A stretch of DNA of 40,701 nt from an uncultured Eubacteriales bacterium (lineage in GTDB: Bacteria > Bacillota > Clostridia > Oscillospirales > Oscillospiraceae). The notes below the pieces were generated by a model that was given only the letters and a program-made list of their open reading frames with translations, was not told the origin of the DNA and did no database searches. Position numbers and translations under genes: made by a program. The stretch lies in contig URWG01000001.1 in assembly GCA_900551495.1 (NCBI GenBank), forward strand, positions 1 to 40,701, given 5' to 3'. Positions 9,119 to 18,716 of this stretch are shown piece by piece. Within the stretch, counting starts at the first letter, position 1. Every line of letters starts with the position of its first letter.

Positions 9119-10090
9119 ATGACTAATCCAATCGTTTCTGTCATTATTCCGCTGTATAATGAATCGACATATATCGACCGCTGCCTTATGTCTTTGGTGA
9201 ATCAGACCTATCCAATAGACAAAATCGAATGGTTGTTGATAGATGGGATGTCCATGGATGACACGCTTGACAAAGCAAGACATTTTTTGCAGGGTACGGA
9301 TTTTCACATCCTGATAAACGAACATCGGCTTGTTACTTATGCACTCAATATCGGAATTCAATTTGCACGCGGTCGCTATGTTATTCGAATGGACGCACAT
9401 GCGGAATACGCTGAGGATTATATTGAACGGTGTGTATACTATCTTGAAAATACAAATGCGGAAAATGTCGGAGGTATTGCATTAACAAAAGGGATCGGAT
9501 TTGTAGGAGAAGCGAACGCCGAAATTCTTTCATCAAAGTTCGGCGTCGGGAATTCTGCCTTCCGTACCGGTGAACACAGCGGATATGTTGATACTGTTCC
9601 TTTCGGCGCTTTCCGTCGTGAAGTATTTGACAAAATCGGTATGTTCAATCCGGAACTGCCGAGGAGCGAAGATAATGACTTTAACAGCAGAATCCGTAAA
9701 GCAGGAGGAAAAATTTATCTTGCTTCGGACATCAGCTTTACATACTATTGCCGCGATACAGCCAAGGGACTTTTGCGCCAAGGGCTTTTGAACGGAAATG
9801 CCTTGTTTTTAACGCTTCGAAAGAACCCGCATGCTATGAGTTTGCGACATTACGTTCCTTGCTTGTTTGTTCTTTCGCTTCTGATACTTCCGATTTTATC
9901 GTTGATATTCCCGCATTTTTGGCTTTTGCTTGCTGTTGAAGGAAGCCTATACATCTCGCTTGATGTTTTTTACTCATTCAGGACGGAGCAAATCAAGCGC
10001 AGCCTATACAAAATGATTATGTATCCCGCGTTCCATGTTGTATATGGAATCGGTTCGTTTTTGGGGTTACTGGGCATCAGACTGTATTAA
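9119..10090 (+). CDS. GT2 glycosyltransferase with C-terminal TM helices (ExoA-like)
   Basis: VSVIIPLYNE, IDGMSMD, RMDAH, VDTVPFGAFRREVF, RSEDNDFN; ATG 9119 follows RBS GAAGGGG. Confidence 0.9.
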   Translation: MTNPIVSVIIPLYNESTYIDRCLMSLVNQTYPIDKIEWLLIDGMSMDDTLDKARHFLQGTDFHILINEHRLVTYALNIGIQFARGRYVIRMDAHAEYAEDYIERCVYYLENTNAENVGGIALTKGIGFVGEANAEILSSKFGVGNSAFRTGEHSGYVDTVPFGAFRREVFDKIGMFNPELPRSEDNDFNSRIRKAGGKIYLASDISFTYYCRDTAKGLLRQGLLNGNALFLTLRKNPHAMSLRHYVPCLFVLSLLILPILSLIFPHFWLLLAVEGSLYISLDVFYSFRTEQIKRSLYKMIMYPAFHVVYGIGSFLGLLGIRLY

Positions 10091-10104
10091 AAAGGTGAAG
10101 GACA

Positions 10105-10521
10105 ATGAAAAAATATAAAGTCGGGTATACGACAGGTGTTTTTGATATGTTTCATATCGGACATCTGAACATCCTCAGACGTGCAAAGGAACAGTGTGAA
10201 TTTCTTGTTGTCGGCGTTTCAACGGATGAGGTTGTCGAGACTTATAAGCATAAACGCCCGGTGATTTCTTTTAATGAAAGAATTGCGATTGTAGAGGCAA
10301 TTCGATATGTGGATAAAGTGATACCGCAAACCTCAATGGACAAAATGAAGGCATATGAGACGCTGAAATTTGATGCGCTGTTTCACGGTAGCGATTGGAA
10401 AGGCAGTGCAATGTATAATAAGCTTGTTATGGATTTTGCCGAGATCGGCGTCGATGTCGTTTTTTTACCGCATACGGATGGGATTAGTTCTACGCTCATT
10501 CGTGAAAAGGTCAACAAATGA
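10105..10521 (+). CDS. TagD-like (glycerol-3-phosphate/polyol-phosphate) cytidylyltransferase
   Basis: TTGVFDMFHIGHLNIL (HxGH), VGVSTDE, GSDW, HTDGISST. Confidence 0.9.
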   Translation: MKKYKVGYTTGVFDMFHIGHLNILRRAKEQCEFLVVGVSTDEVVETYKHKRPVISFNERIAIVEAIRYVDKVIPQTSMDKMKAYETLKFDALFHGSDWKGSAMYNKLVMDFAEIGVDVVFLPHTDGISSTLIREKVNK

Positions 10522-11708
10522 AAAACAGAATCGATCAAATCAAGAATTTCTCGGATCGCTGCACAGGCTGCTCTGTATGTGCTGATATTTGCCCGGTTGG
10601 GTGTATCAAGCCGGATGTGCGGGAAGATGGTTTTCGGTATGTTAAGGTACTGGACGCCAAATGCATACACTGTGGGAAATGCCTCTCGGTCTGTCCGATT
10701 GAAACCTTAAAGAAGGAAACGCAGGAGCAGCATCTATATGCAGCATATGCGCGGGACGAAAAAGCACGGAACGATGGATCCTCCGGCGGAATTTTTGAAT
10801 TGCTTGCAAGGCATTTTCTGTCCGAAGGCTATGCCGTTTGCGGTGCTGCCTTTGACGGCATGGAACTTCGACACCGTATCGTGCATTCGGCAGAAGAGCT
10901 TCCTCCGTTGCTGAAATCAAAATATATTCAGTCCGATACCGGCGGAATTTACAATGAAATTCTTACCTTTTTGAAAAAAGGAGGGAAGCTGTTCTTCTGC
11001 GGAACGCCCTGTCAGGTTGCCGCACTTAAAAATGCTGTTTCACCTGAACTATCAAACCAGCTTTTTACCGCAGATATTATTTGCCATGGCGTACCGTCTC
11101 AAGAAACATTTCGGATGTATATACAGAATCTGGAAGAAAAAAGCGGTGGGCAGATCAAATGCTTTTCATTTCGTGTTAAAAATAACAGCCAACGACATGC
11201 GCATGGCTTTTCCTATTATTTTACAAAAAACGGCAGGGGCAGAACGATAAACGGAATATATCTGCAGTCCTCTTATTATCGTGCATTCAAAAAATATCTG
11301 TTTTTTCGCGAAAGCTGTTATTCTTGCCGATATGCTACGCCCGAACGTGTTTCTGACATAACATTAGGAGATTTTTGGGGAATTGAAAGGTACCAATTTC
11401 CTTCAGACACAGATGCCGGTGTTTCTTTGATTCTTGCTAACACGGAAATGGGGGAAAAAGCATTTACGTCGATTGCCAAACAAACCGTATGGAAAGAATT
11501 CCCTGTGGCATATGGTATCGAGAGCAATTATTGCCTGACGAATGCAACACCGAAGCCGTCAGTGCGCGATGCAGTGATTGAAAGTCTTCATATGAACGGA
11601 TACGCAGCTACGGCGAAGAAATACTTTGCCGCTTCGATTACAGAAAAAATTTATGCTCTTCTTCCGCCGGGAATTCGATCCCTCCGGAAGAAGCTGCGAA
11701 AGAGGTAG
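10518..11708 (+). CDS. FrhB-like (F420 hydrogenase beta subunit C-terminal domain) protein with 2x[4Fe-4S] ferredoxin domain, copy 1
   Basis: CTGCSVCADICP and CIHCGKCLSVCP; SSGGIF, KSKYIQSD, GTPCQV, ICHGVPS, RESCYSC, SDITLGDFWGI. Confidence 0.88.
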   Translation: MKNRIDQIKNFSDRCTGCSVCADICPVGCIKPDVREDGFRYVKVLDAKCIHCGKCLSVCPIETLKKETQEQHLYAAYARDEKARNDGSSGGIFELLARHFLSEGYAVCGAAFDGMELRHRIVHSAEELPPLLKSKYIQSDTGGIYNEILTFLKKGGKLFFCGTPCQVAALKNAVSPELSNQLFTADIICHGVPSQETFRMYIQNLEEKSGGQIKCFSFRVKNNSQRHAHGFSYYFTKNGRGRTINGIYLQSSYYRAFKKYLFFRESCYSCRYATPERVSDITLGDFWGIERYQFPSDTDAGVSLILANTEMGEKAFTSIAKQTVWKEFPVAYGIESNYCLTNATPKPSVRDAVIESLHMNGYAATAKKYFAASITEKIYALLPPGIRSLRKKLRKR

Positions 11709-11710
11709 CG

Positions 11711-12592
11711 ATGTTCAGATATATGCGAGAGGACACGCCTGACGATTGGAAGATCAAAAAGCTTCAGGATGCGATACTCGAGATTGCGGTCTACTTGGAT
11801 GAGTTCTGCTCCGAAAATGAAATTGATTATTGTCTTATGGGAGGGTCCGCTTTGGGGGCAGTGCGCCATCAGGGATTTATCCCATGGGATGACGATTTGG
11901 ACTTTTTTATGACACCTGACAGCTACGAACGCTTTGTTCATGCGTTTGAGGCACGAGGGGATCACAAGCGCTTTTTTCTTGAACCGTTCGGAGAGATAGA
12001 TGGCATGATCACTTTGGGTAAAGTTCGACTGAAAAATACGACCTATTTGGAAGAAGGCTTGAAGGATTATGACATTTCCCACAATATCTATCTTGATATT
12101 TTCCTCCTGCACACCTGTCCGGATAACAGCATTCAACGCATCCATCAATATGTTTGGGCAAAGTATGTTGTTGCAAAGGCGCAGGCATACAAAGAAACCT
12201 CCAGATATGGTTTTGGACTTCGTACGGTGTTGTGTATTATGAGAATGTTTCCCCGACGCTTCCTCGTCCGTCATGCGCTGAAGCAGGTTTATAAATACAG
12301 AGACCGGAGGACCTCGCTGTACTGCAACTATTTGGGAAAAGCAAAATATCGGGGCGGTACATACAAACGTGTGTGGTTTGCCGCTGTATCAAGAGTTCCT
12401 TTCGAAAAGGTTTCACTTAATGTGCCGATCGGCGTTCATGAATTCCTTGCCGAACGCTTTGGCAATTATATGAAGCTTCCGGAGCTTGCGCAAATCAAGC
12501 GCGAGCAGCATGCCTGTCTTTGGGATACGGAAAAGGACTACCGTGTTTATCTCAACGCGGCGCCGAAATACCCGAGGAAATATGTGTTATGA
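11711..12592 (+). CDS. LicD family phosphotransferase, copy 1
   Basis: GGSALGAVRHQGFIPWDDDLD, YLDIF, LAERFGNYM. Confidence 0.92.
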   Translation: MFRYMREDTPDDWKIKKLQDAILEIAVYLDEFCSENEIDYCLMGGSALGAVRHQGFIPWDDDLDFFMTPDSYERFVHAFEARGDHKRFFLEPFGEIDGMITLGKVRLKNTTYLEEGLKDYDISHNIYLDIFLLHTCPDNSIQRIHQYVWAKYVVAKAQAYKETSRYGFGLRTVLCIMRMFPRRFLVRHALKQVYKYRDRRTSLYCNYLGKAKYRGGTYKRVWFAAVSRVPFEKVSLNVPIGVHEFLAERFGNYMKLPELAQIKREQHACLWDTEKDYRVYLNAAPKYPRKYVL

Positions 12593-12605
12593 GGATAACG
12601 GCAAA

Positions 12606-13397
12606 ATGAGCAAGGTCCAGGTTTTAGTTGCCTGTATAGGGCAAAGCGATGACAGCTTGTACCGCGAGATGAATCTACAGACCGATACGGTCCTTGCAAA
12701 TCAGTGTGATCAATATGGATATAAAGAGTTTCTTGAGCCGGACGGAAGCAGAGTGCAGCTTGTATCCACAACCGATCGCGGTGTCGGTAAAAACCGAAAT
12801 AAAGCGCTTTCCTTTGCAGGCGGAGAATTTCTGCTTTGTGCAGATCAGGATATGGTCTATTGCGACGACTACGCAAGGATCATAGAAGAGGCGTTCTGCC
12901 AATGCCCAAAGGCAGACATTATTGTGTTTCGCCTGGAATATATGAACCGCTTTACTCCGCAGAAGAAAGAATGTTCGGGATTTCGGCGCGTCCGTCTTTG
13001 GAATTCCATGCGTTACGGAACCGCAAGGGTTGCAATGCGAAAGAACGCCGTTGAGAAGGCATGCCTGTCTTTCTCCACGCTGTACGGCGGCGGAGCAAGG
13101 TACAGCTCTGGCGAGGATTCTCTGTTCATTCGCGAGGCGATTCGCAAAGGGCTGAGGATGTATACCTCACCGACTGTAATTGCACGGGTAAAGCAGGAAG
13201 AGTCTACATGGTTTAAGGGCTACAACGATAAATATTTCATAGACAAGGGCGTCTTGCTTGCAAATGCGTTCCCATGCTTGAAGCATCTGCTTCTATATTA
13301 TTTTGCTTACGGACTGCGGAATGTTTCGGAAGCGTACGGATTTAGGAGAATATGCAAGCTGATACGAGAGGGATTTGCGGAATATAAACGGATTTAA
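12606..13397 (+). CDS. GT2/GT-A fold glycosyltransferase
   Basis: VQVLVAC, NQCD, RGVGKNRNKAL, CADQD, YSSGEDSLF; ATG 12606 chosen after GAGGA. Confidence 0.85.
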   Translation: MSKVQVLVACIGQSDDSLYREMNLQTDTVLANQCDQYGYKEFLEPDGSRVQLVSTTDRGVGKNRNKALSFAGGEFLLCADQDMVYCDDYARIIEEAFCQCPKADIIVFRLEYMNRFTPQKKECSGFRRVRLWNSMRYGTARVAMRKNAVEKACLSFSTLYGGGARYSSGEDSLFIREAIRKGLRMYTSPTVIARVKQEESTWFKGYNDKYFIDKGVLLANAFPCLKHLLLYYFAYGLRNVSEAYGFRRICKLIREGFAEYKRI

Positions 13398-13414
13398 CGC
13401 CGGGGGTGTATGTA

Positions 13415-14254
13415 ATGCAGAGAATTATTATAACCGCAGACGACTATGGAATGTGCGATGAGGTTGACCATGCAATTGACTCAGGAGTCAATAATGGCTT
13501 TATTACTTCGACGAATGTAATGGTGAATATGTATTCTCTTCCCAACGCCGCCCTTCTGCGAGCACGTTTTCCGTGGCTGTCGGTTGGGATCCATTGGAAC
13601 GTGACGACGGGAAAACCCGTTAGTGATCCTAAATCAATTCCGTCCTTGGTAGATGATAGCGGTGTATTTTGGGAAATTGACAAATTCAAAAAGAAATACC
13701 GCTGCGGAGAAATCGCTCGTCAAGATTTGGAAAAGGAGCTTGAAGCTCAATACCTGCGATTTAAGGAAGTTTGCGGAGAGCCGGACTATTGGAATACGCA
13801 TGAAAATTCATCACTTGAATTGAGAAGCTTCAAGGCTTTTGAAAGTGTTGCGAAGAGACACGGCATACCTGCGACGAGAACGTTTCAGCGGGTATACTAC
13901 GACAGGCTGAAATTGGGTGTAAAAACCGCGTTAAGGGAATTTGCGGTAAAGACATTTTTCCAGATTTGGTTTGAACAAATTCGGAAGTCCTTCAAGATGC
14001 CGACGGCTCGCGTTGTCAGTTTTGACAGAATCAGTAAGACCGATGGGGATGTTCTGCTTAATGCGTTGAAAAAAGACGGTCGTGATTTAATTGAAGTTGT
14101 TTTTCACCCTGCTACTACCGCTGACAGTCCGTATTTCGGCAATATTTCGCAGGAGAGGCTGAAGGAGTATTTGTTCACTTCTTCTTCGGAGGTGCGGCAA
14201 AGATTTGCTTCAAACGGATTTGCGTTTGTCGGCTATGACGCTCTAACTGATTAA
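13415..14254 (+). CDS. ChbG/HpnK (YdjC) family carbohydrate deacetylase
   Basis: IITADDYG, TSTNVMVN, VGIHWNVTTGKP, PDYWNTHE, EVVFHP; alternative GTG start at 13406. Confidence 0.85.
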   Translation: MQRIIITADDYGMCDEVDHAIDSGVNNGFITSTNVMVNMYSLPNAALLRARFPWLSVGIHWNVTTGKPVSDPKSIPSLVDDSGVFWEIDKFKKKYRCGEIARQDLEKELEAQYLRFKEVCGEPDYWNTHENSSLELRSFKAFESVAKRHGIPATRTFQRVYYDRLKLGVKTALREFAVKTFFQIWFEQIRKSFKMPTARVVSFDRISKTDGDVLLNALKKDGRDLIEVVFHPATTADSPYFGNISQERLKEYLFTSSSEVRQRFASNGFAFVGYDALTD

Positions 14255-14264
14255 ATTATCAAGA

Positions 14265-15437
14265 ATGAAGAAGATTATATTTGTAATTAACAATTTAGAA
14301 ACAGGCGGCGTCCAAAGCAGCTTGCTGAACCTGTTGCGACAGATACACTCAGACTATTCTATTACGGTTTTTTGCTTTGCCGGTCGAATGAATAAGGAGT
14401 ATGCTGCGCCGCTGCCACACGACGTAAGGCTGATTACATCAGATTCACCGTTTCGCTACTTGGGAATGTCACAAAAAGAATCACAAAAAAGCGCACGACA
14501 GCATTTTGCACGATCATTTTGGGCGGTGATTACAAGGGTATTCGGGCGAACTTTTGCTATCCGGCTGATGCTTCCGCTTCAAAAAAGACTGGGTGAGTTT
14601 GATTGCGCAATTTCCTATTTACATGAGGCACCGCAGAAAATATTTTACGGCGGCTGCAATGAATTTGTACTGAAAAGAATCAAAGCAAAGAAAAAAATCA
14701 CATGGCTGCATTGCGACTTCGGACTATGTGGAGCCAACAGTAAAGCGAGTGGAAGAATATATCGCAGATTTGATAAAATCATGGCATGTTCTGAAGGGGC
14801 ACGTGCATCTTTCGTCCGTTGTATGCCGCAGCTGGCGGAGAGGTGCGTTACGATTCGCAACTGTAATGATTTTGCTGGTATTCTTCGACTTGCGGGAAAC
14901 GGGGTAGTATATAACAAATCGGAGTTCAATATCGTGACGGTTGCTCGCCTGTCAAGAGAAAAAGGAATTGAACGTGCGCTTGCTGCGATAAAAGACTGCA
15001 TTGATCGCGGTTACAGGGTACACTATCATCTTGTCGGTTCCGGAGATCGCAGCGACGAATTGAAAGACCTGTCGGAACGATACGGCTTGAGGGACATCGT
15101 AACGTTTTACGGTGAACGGGAAAATCCGTATCCTTACATGAAAAGTGCCGATTTGTTTTTGCTTCCTTCCTATCACGAGGCGGCACCGATGGTTTTCGAC
15201 GAGGCTGCGTGTCTCGGTATTCCGGTGCTTGCAACAAAGACGACCTCTACCGACGAAATGCTCGTGCAAAGAGGGGCGGGAATCGTGTGTGAGAATTCGC
15301 AGGAGGGAATCTCGGCTGCCTTACTGAGTGTTTTGCGGCAGCCCGAACAGTTGGTGGCTATTCGAAAGACCTTGGAAGGTATGAGCTTTACAAATGCGGA
15401 AAGCATAGAAAAATTCAGCGGGGTTATCAATGCTTAA
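14265..15437 (+). CDS. GT4 glycosyltransferase
   Basis: LETGGVQSSL, TVARLSREKG, NPYPYMKSADLFLLPSYHEAAPMVFDEA (EX7E). Confidence 0.9.
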   Translation: MKKIIFVINNLETGGVQSSLLNLLRQIHSDYSITVFCFAGRMNKEYAAPLPHDVRLITSDSPFRYLGMSQKESQKSARQHFARSFWAVITRVFGRTFAIRLMLPLQKRLGEFDCAISYLHEAPQKIFYGGCNEFVLKRIKAKKKITWLHCDFGLCGANSKASGRIYRRFDKIMACSEGARASFVRCMPQLAERCVTIRNCNDFAGILRLAGNGVVYNKSEFNIVTVARLSREKGIERALAAIKDCIDRGYRVHYHLVGSGDRSDELKDLSERYGLRDIVTFYGERENPYPYMKSADLFLLPSYHEAAPMVFDEAACLGIPVLATKTTSTDEMLVQRGAGIVCENSQEGISAALLSVLRQPEQLVAIRKTLEGMSFTNAESIEKFSGVINA

Positions 15438-16749
15438 TTACAGAAATAAATCGTCACAAGCCGTGCGGTATAACAGAAAACTGATTTGGCTCTGGGCGTT
15501 TTCACTCGTTTTTATTGCTGTGAGCGTTGTTACGACTCCGTATTTGTCCGCCGCAGCACTTGCACTGTTTTGTGCTTCATTATTCATGCTCCGCTCGGAG
15601 GACGTCTTTGCGATGCTGTTTGGGCTGCTTCCGTTTGCTAATATTTTTAAGTTAACCCCGACATCGATGAGCCTGTTTACCGTTTGCGAAATGATAGCGG
15701 TCGTTTTTTTCCTTCTTCGCAAACGCTTAAGCGCACGGCAGTGCGGGATGATATCAACGCTTGCCATATATTTACTTGTTTTTTCGATTGATAGGCTGAA
15801 TATTCTAACAATTGTCAAGGTAATCATGGGTTTCCTGATTATCGGGCTTGCGGTTATGACAATCACGAAAGACGGATTGAAACGCATTGCAAGGCTGCTG
15901 TCGTTAAGTACGATTGCAATGCTGCTCCTTTCAATCAACGAAAAGTATTTGGCATATGTTGAGCTATACTTCGATGATTTGGATTACTATGTTGATGCGA
16001 CAGGTCATGCCACCGATACGCTTCGAATCAGCGGCTTTTTCGGAGACCCAAATTACTGTGCGGTGCTGATTGTTTTGGCGTTGGCACTCCTCTGCGTATT
16101 GTATTATCACAAGGCAATCGGCGGTGAATTTTGGGTATATGCGGCTGTTCTTACCCCCTGCGGTTTTTTTACATACAGCAAATCCTATTTTTTGTGCATT
16201 GCACTGCTTGCTGTTTTGCTGGTTCTGTTTGTCCTTTTCCCCAAGCATAAGGTTTGGGCTGTAATTGCAATTATCGGATTCAGCATTGCCGTATACTATA
16301 CCGCAATCGGAAAAATCGAAGTAATGAATTTGATTCTTTCACGCTTTTCCGAGGGTGATTTGACTACCGGACGGACGAATCTGAATCAGATTTATTTGCA
16401 GTATATTTTCGGTAAGATGCGTGTCCTGCTTTTCGGTGAAGGGATTTCAGCAGACCGAATAACAGGTATCAGGAATAATGTACACTGCCTATATATAGAG
16501 ACATTGTTTAAGCTTGGAATCGTCGGAGGATCGGTTTATTGCGGGACACTTGCTACGGTACTCCCAAAGAGAGAAAAGAAAACACGCCGCGGTTTTGCCG
16601 ATTACCTGCCGATGTTTTTCTTCCTTTTGATGTTTGCTTTTCTTGCCGGTATTCTGAATTACGCCCTTCCGTTCTACATTTTGATTGTCTACTTGTCGAT
16701 CAACTATGACAGCCTTGGGCATTCGGTTGGAAGAGAGGTGCAGCAATGA
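15430..16749 (+). CDS. wzy: Polysaccharide polymerase (Wzy / O-antigen ligase-like)
   Basis: Polytopic membrane protein with RISGFFGDPNY, TYSKS, LTTGR, HCLYIETLFKLGIVG motifs inside a Wzx locus. Confidence 0.75.
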   Translation: MLNYRNKSSQAVRYNRKLIWLWAFSLVFIAVSVVTTPYLSAAALALFCASLFMLRSEDVFAMLFGLLPFANIFKLTPTSMSLFTVCEMIAVVFFLLRKRLSARQCGMISTLAIYLLVFSIDRLNILTIVKVIMGFLIIGLAVMTITKDGLKRIARLLSLSTIAMLLLSINEKYLAYVELYFDDLDYYVDATGHATDTLRISGFFGDPNYCAVLIVLALALLCVLYYHKAIGGEFWVYAAVLTPCGFFTYSKSYFLCIALLAVLLVLFVLFPKHKVWAVIAIIGFSIAVYYTAIGKIEVMNLILSRFSEGDLTTGRTNLNQIYLQYIFGKMRVLLFGEGISADRITGIRNNVHCLYIETLFKLGIVGGSVYCGTLATVLPKREKKTRRGFADYLPMFFFLLMFAFLAGILNYALPFYILIVYLSINYDSLGHSVGREVQQ

Positions 16750-17918
16750 TAAAAGAAGAGAGCTGCATCGGCTGCCAAGCGTGTGTCGAATTCTGCCCTG
16801 TTCACGCGATCCTTTTTGAACGCGATATATGGGGCGAGGGGAAAATTACAATAAATCGGGATCAATGTATCGAATGCGGGTATTGTGAACGGATTTGCCC
16901 GGGAGTCCGTGCTGAGATGAATGCTGCGCCCGCTTCGGTCTATGCTGCCGTATCAAACAATCACCGCAATTCCGGATCTTCCGGCGGAGTTTTCTATGAA
17001 ATTGCCGAACGGTTCATCAATAACGGCGGAATAGTTTACGGCGCTGCATTTAACGATCGTCTGAAATTGGTTCATATGCGTGCCGCCGCCGCATCGGAAC
17101 TGCCGGCTCTCTGTAAGAGCAAATACCTTCACAGCGATATGCGCGGTGTTTATACGGCAATCAGGGATGATTTGCAGGCAAACAGAAAGGTTCTTTTTGT
17201 CGGCAGCCCCTGTCAGGCGAGCGCGGTAAAGAATCTGTTCTTGCCGCGATATGAAAACCGGCTCTACATTGTTGATTTTCTGTGTCACGGCACGGGAACG
17301 CAACGCGTTTTCGACGTGTGTGTGCATGAGGAGGAGATGAAGCGCAACGGCAAAATTTTGTCGTTTACTTTCCGTGCGAAAACAAGAAAAGCAGAACATA
17401 GCTTCTCCTATATGCTGGACCGTAACGGGAAAAAGAAAAATGTCTCCGGCTTTGCATTTGAGTTCCCATACTATTATTCATTTCTAAAATATAACATATT
17501 TAATAACGCGTGTTACTCATGCAGTTATGCCCGGAACGACCGTGTGGGAGATATTACGCTGGGTGATTTTTGGGGAATACAACGGTATAATTCGAAGCTG
17601 CTGGACCGTCAGGGCGTATCCATGTTGTCGGTCAATTCAGAAAAAGGAAAACGGCTGCTTGCACTTTTGGGCGACTCCTGCGCAATGTATGAGTACCCGC
17701 TTGCCTATGCGACGCGGCACAATCAAGCATATAATATACCGGAACCCTACCCTGATGAAAAGCTCAGGCTGGTTGCGATTTTGAGCGAGAAAGGAGAGGC
17801 GGCTCTTGCGGAAGCACTGTCCTGTCCGAATGTGAGGAAAAATCTGCTTTGGGCACGGATGCCGCCGTTCCTCAGAAAAATATATAAAAAATTGCGAGGC
17901 AGCAATGAGAATTCTTGA
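16746..17918 (+). CDS. FrhB-like Fe-S protein, copy 2
   Basis: CIGCQACVEFCP and CIECGYCERICP; SSGGVF, KSKYLHSD, GSPCQA, LCHG, CYSCSYA, GDITLGDFWGI. Confidence 0.88.
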   Translation: MIKEESCIGCQACVEFCPVHAILFERDIWGEGKITINRDQCIECGYCERICPGVRAEMNAAPASVYAAVSNNHRNSGSSGGVFYEIAERFINNGGIVYGAAFNDRLKLVHMRAAAASELPALCKSKYLHSDMRGVYTAIRDDLQANRKVLFVGSPCQASAVKNLFLPRYENRLYIVDFLCHGTGTQRVFDVCVHEEEMKRNGKILSFTFRAKTRKAEHSFSYMLDRNGKKKNVSGFAFEFPYYYSFLKYNIFNNACYSCSYARNDRVGDITLGDFWGIQRYNSKLLDRQGVSMLSVNSEKGKRLLALLGDSCAMYEYPLAYATRHNQAYNIPEPYPDEKLRLVAILSEKGEAALAEALSCPNVRKNLLWARMPPFLRKIYKKLRGSNENS

Positions 17919-18714
17919 TGTAAAAGAAATTCAAGCGATGCAGCTTGAGCTGATGAAAAAACTGCACGCCTATCTGACGGAAAAAGGAATTCCGTATTAT
18001 ATGATAGCCGGAAGCGCCTTGGGCGCACTTCGGCACGGCGGCTTTATTCCATGGGATGATGATATTGACATAGCAATGTTTCGATCAGACTATGAAAGAT
18101 TTCTTAACATTTGCGATGATTTTGACCGTACTTACGACATAGTGAACTACCGTAACCGTGAACACTGTGACTTCTGCTTAACGCGTATTTATTTTCCCAA
18201 TACCAAAATCGTAAATCAAAGCATTGAGAATACCAGGCTGGATAAACGCATGTATTTTGACATTTTTCCGCTGGATAACGTTCCGGAGGATGCTACCGCA
18301 CGCAGTGCTTTGGAGCATGCAATCCTTGACCTTAAGAGGAAAATCTATTTGGCGGATGTTCGTGATTACAATAATACCGCAGCTGTCATTTTTCTTAAGA
18401 AAATGAGAGCACTGCTTTATACGTCCCGTAGACAGAAGCTCCTTGCCCGTTGTGATGAGTTGATGCAATCCTATGACAAATGCCGGACAACTTGTGTATG
18501 CTCCATGTGCAGCCAATATTCCTTTGAACGTCAGACGATGCCGCGAGAGTATTACGGCAAGCCGACGCTGCGTTGCTTTGAAGACACAGAGTTTTTCCTT
18601 CCGGAACAGGCGGAACGCTATTTGGAGCATTTGTACGGTGCGGATTATGCGGAGCTTCCGCCGGAAAGTAAGCGCAGAAAGTGCTGTGAGGTTTACTTAC
18701 TAAGCGAGGATTGA
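17905..18714 (+). CDS. LicD family phosphotransferase, copy 2
   Basis: AGSALGALRHGGFIPWDDDID, FDIFPLD, YLEHLYGADY. Confidence 0.92.
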   Translation: MRILDVKEIQAMQLELMKKLHAYLTEKGIPYYMIAGSALGALRHGGFIPWDDDIDIAMFRSDYERFLNICDDFDRTYDIVNYRNREHCDFCLTRIYFPNTKIVNQSIENTRLDKRMYFDIFPLDNVPEDATARSALEHAILDLKRKIYLADVRDYNNTAAVIFLKKMRALLYTSRRQKLLARCDELMQSYDKCRTTCVCSMCSQYSFERQTMPREYYGKPTLRCFEDTEFFLPEQAERYLEHLYGADYAELPPESKRRKCCEVYLLSED

Positions 18715-18716
18715 GT

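Noticed and set aside
10518..17918. F420-dependent hydrogenase or methanogen-type metabolism
   Set aside because: No hydrogenase large/small subunits or F420 genes; the context is polysaccharide biosynthesis
11711..18714. Phosphorylcholine decoration by the LicD proteins
   Set aside because: No licA/licB/licC in the window and the local cytidylyltransferase is TagD-type; choline cannot be asserted
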